From positions 2,339 through 66,338 of the forward strand of contig CAZARM010000003.1 of NCBI GenBank assembly GCA_964487615.1: a DNA stretch of 64,000 nucleotides, in the 5' to 3' direction. This document shows positions 63,447 through 64,000 of the stretch, in pieces. The notes under the pieces are model-generated. The model was not told where the DNA came from. It saw nothing but the letters and a program-made list of their open reading frames with translations, and did no database searches. The DNA is from an uncultured Candidatus Saccharibacteria bacterium. Lineage in GTDB: Bacteria; Patescibacteriota; Saccharimonadia; Saccharimonadales; CAZARM01. The number at the start of each line of letters is the position of its first letter. Positions within the stretch are counted from its first letter, which is position 1. A program made the translations under genes and the position numbers.

Positions 63447-63833
63447 CTACTTTTTTGTGGTTTTCTTGGCTGCCGGTTTTTTTGCTGGTGCTTTCTTGGG
63501 AACTGTCTTTTTGGCCGTGGTGGTCTTTTTAGCGACGGTTTTGGTAACGGTTTTCTTGGCTTTGGCGACTGGTTTAACACTGGCGGCTTTAGCTGCGGCG
63601 GCTAGCTGGCGTTGCTTACGGGCGACTTTGTTCTTGTGCATGACGCGCTTTTTGCCAGCTTTGCCCAGGGCGCTTTGAGTCTTGGCTAGAGCTTCACCGG
63701 CTTTTTTGCCACCAGATACAGCAGTTTGGAAAGATTTAAGCGCGGTCTTCAGCGTGCGCTTAGTTTTAGCATTGCGAACAGTGGCTTTGCGGGCTACGCG
63801 AACACGCTTTTTGGCGGATTTGATAATTGGCAT
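63447..63833 (-). CDS. rpsT: 30S ribosomal protein S20 with Lys/Ala/Thr-rich C-terminal extension
   Basis: MPIIKSAKKRVRVARKATVRNAKTKRTLKTALKSF is a canonical S20 N-terminus. The C-terminal 45 aa or so are AKKTVTKTVAKKTTTAKKTVPKKAPAKKPAAKKTTKK. Confidence 0.9.
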   Translation of the reverse strand: MPIIKSAKKRVRVARKATVRNAKTKRTLKTALKSFQTAVSGGKKAGEALAKTQSALGKAGKKRVMHKNKVARKQRQLAAAAKAASVKPVAKAKKTVTKTVAKKTTTAKKTVPKKAPAKKPAAKKTTKK

Positions 63834-63969
63834 TCATTTCCTTCACGTTAGATTGGTGCATTAATCGACTTGCATGATACATTGAACTGCCTCTGTTGTA
63901 AAGAGGTAGGAAACATCTTGCCAAGCGTTCCCGTTTATGGTAGTTTTCTATATAAGGATATAAAACAAA

Positions 63970-64000
63970 ATGGAAGATCCAAAAACTAAACTCCTCACTC
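63970..64000 (+). CDS. start of an unidentified ORF running off the window end
   Basis: ATGGAAGATCCAAAAACTAAACTCCTCACTC (MEDPKTKLLT), only 10 codons visible. Confidence 0.2.
   Translation, partial: MEDPKTKLLT

Noticed and set aside
1-64000. Search for CRISPR arrays, rRNA genes, transposases, integrases, restriction-modification genes or other recognisable defence genes.
   Set aside because: I saw no regularly spaced direct repeats and no rRNA-like sequence. No ORF carries recombinase, transposase, Cas, or nuclease/methylase motif sets that I could recognise. The only mobile-element trace is the tRNA-Ser 3' duplication.

Overview
This is a 64-kb window from a compact, gene-dense bacterium. 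GC is about 42-52% by my spot counts of single 60-nt lines. The gene content looks like Patescibacteria/CPR, most plausibly Saccharibacteria (TM7); this is inference only, since no search was possible. Supporting features are six tandem TrbC/VirB2-like pilin paralogs next to a VirB6-like membrane protein, an LPXTG protein, a CarS-type CDP-lipid synthase paired with a CDP-alcohol phosphatidyltransferase, ribosomal protein S20 with a Lys/Ala tail, and many 4-nt gene overlaps. I annotate about 80 CDS: valS, tsaD, murE-like, groES/groEL with a CIRCE operator, argS, gdh, mscL, msrB, orn, dnaG, rpoD plus a second extended sigma factor, polA, mutM, holA and rpsT. I also annotate four tRNAs (Ser-TGA, Ser-GCT, Arg-GCG, Ser-CGA), one tRNA-Ser 3' fragment, and several promoters and terminators. 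The main anomaly lies at about 20.76-22.83 kb. It is a visibly GC-rich island (63-70% in lines I counted) between an amidinotransferase-like gene and the groESL region. It holds two tandem, paralogous + strand units of about 0.55-0.6 kb. Each unit has its own sigma70-like promoter, conserved leader motifs, a perfect 12-15 bp helix pairing its two ends, a 13-bp second hairpin, CCACCA-type C-rich tracts and an intrinsic terminator, but no convincing long ORF. A third, inverted unit carries a GC3-rich ORF. I could not match these to RNase P, tmRNA, SRP RNA or T-box by motif inspection. I regard them as candidate novel large structured RNAs, possibly built on DNA acquired from a high-GC source. 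All functional calls rest on motifs I recognise by eye and need HMM or covariance-model confirmation.
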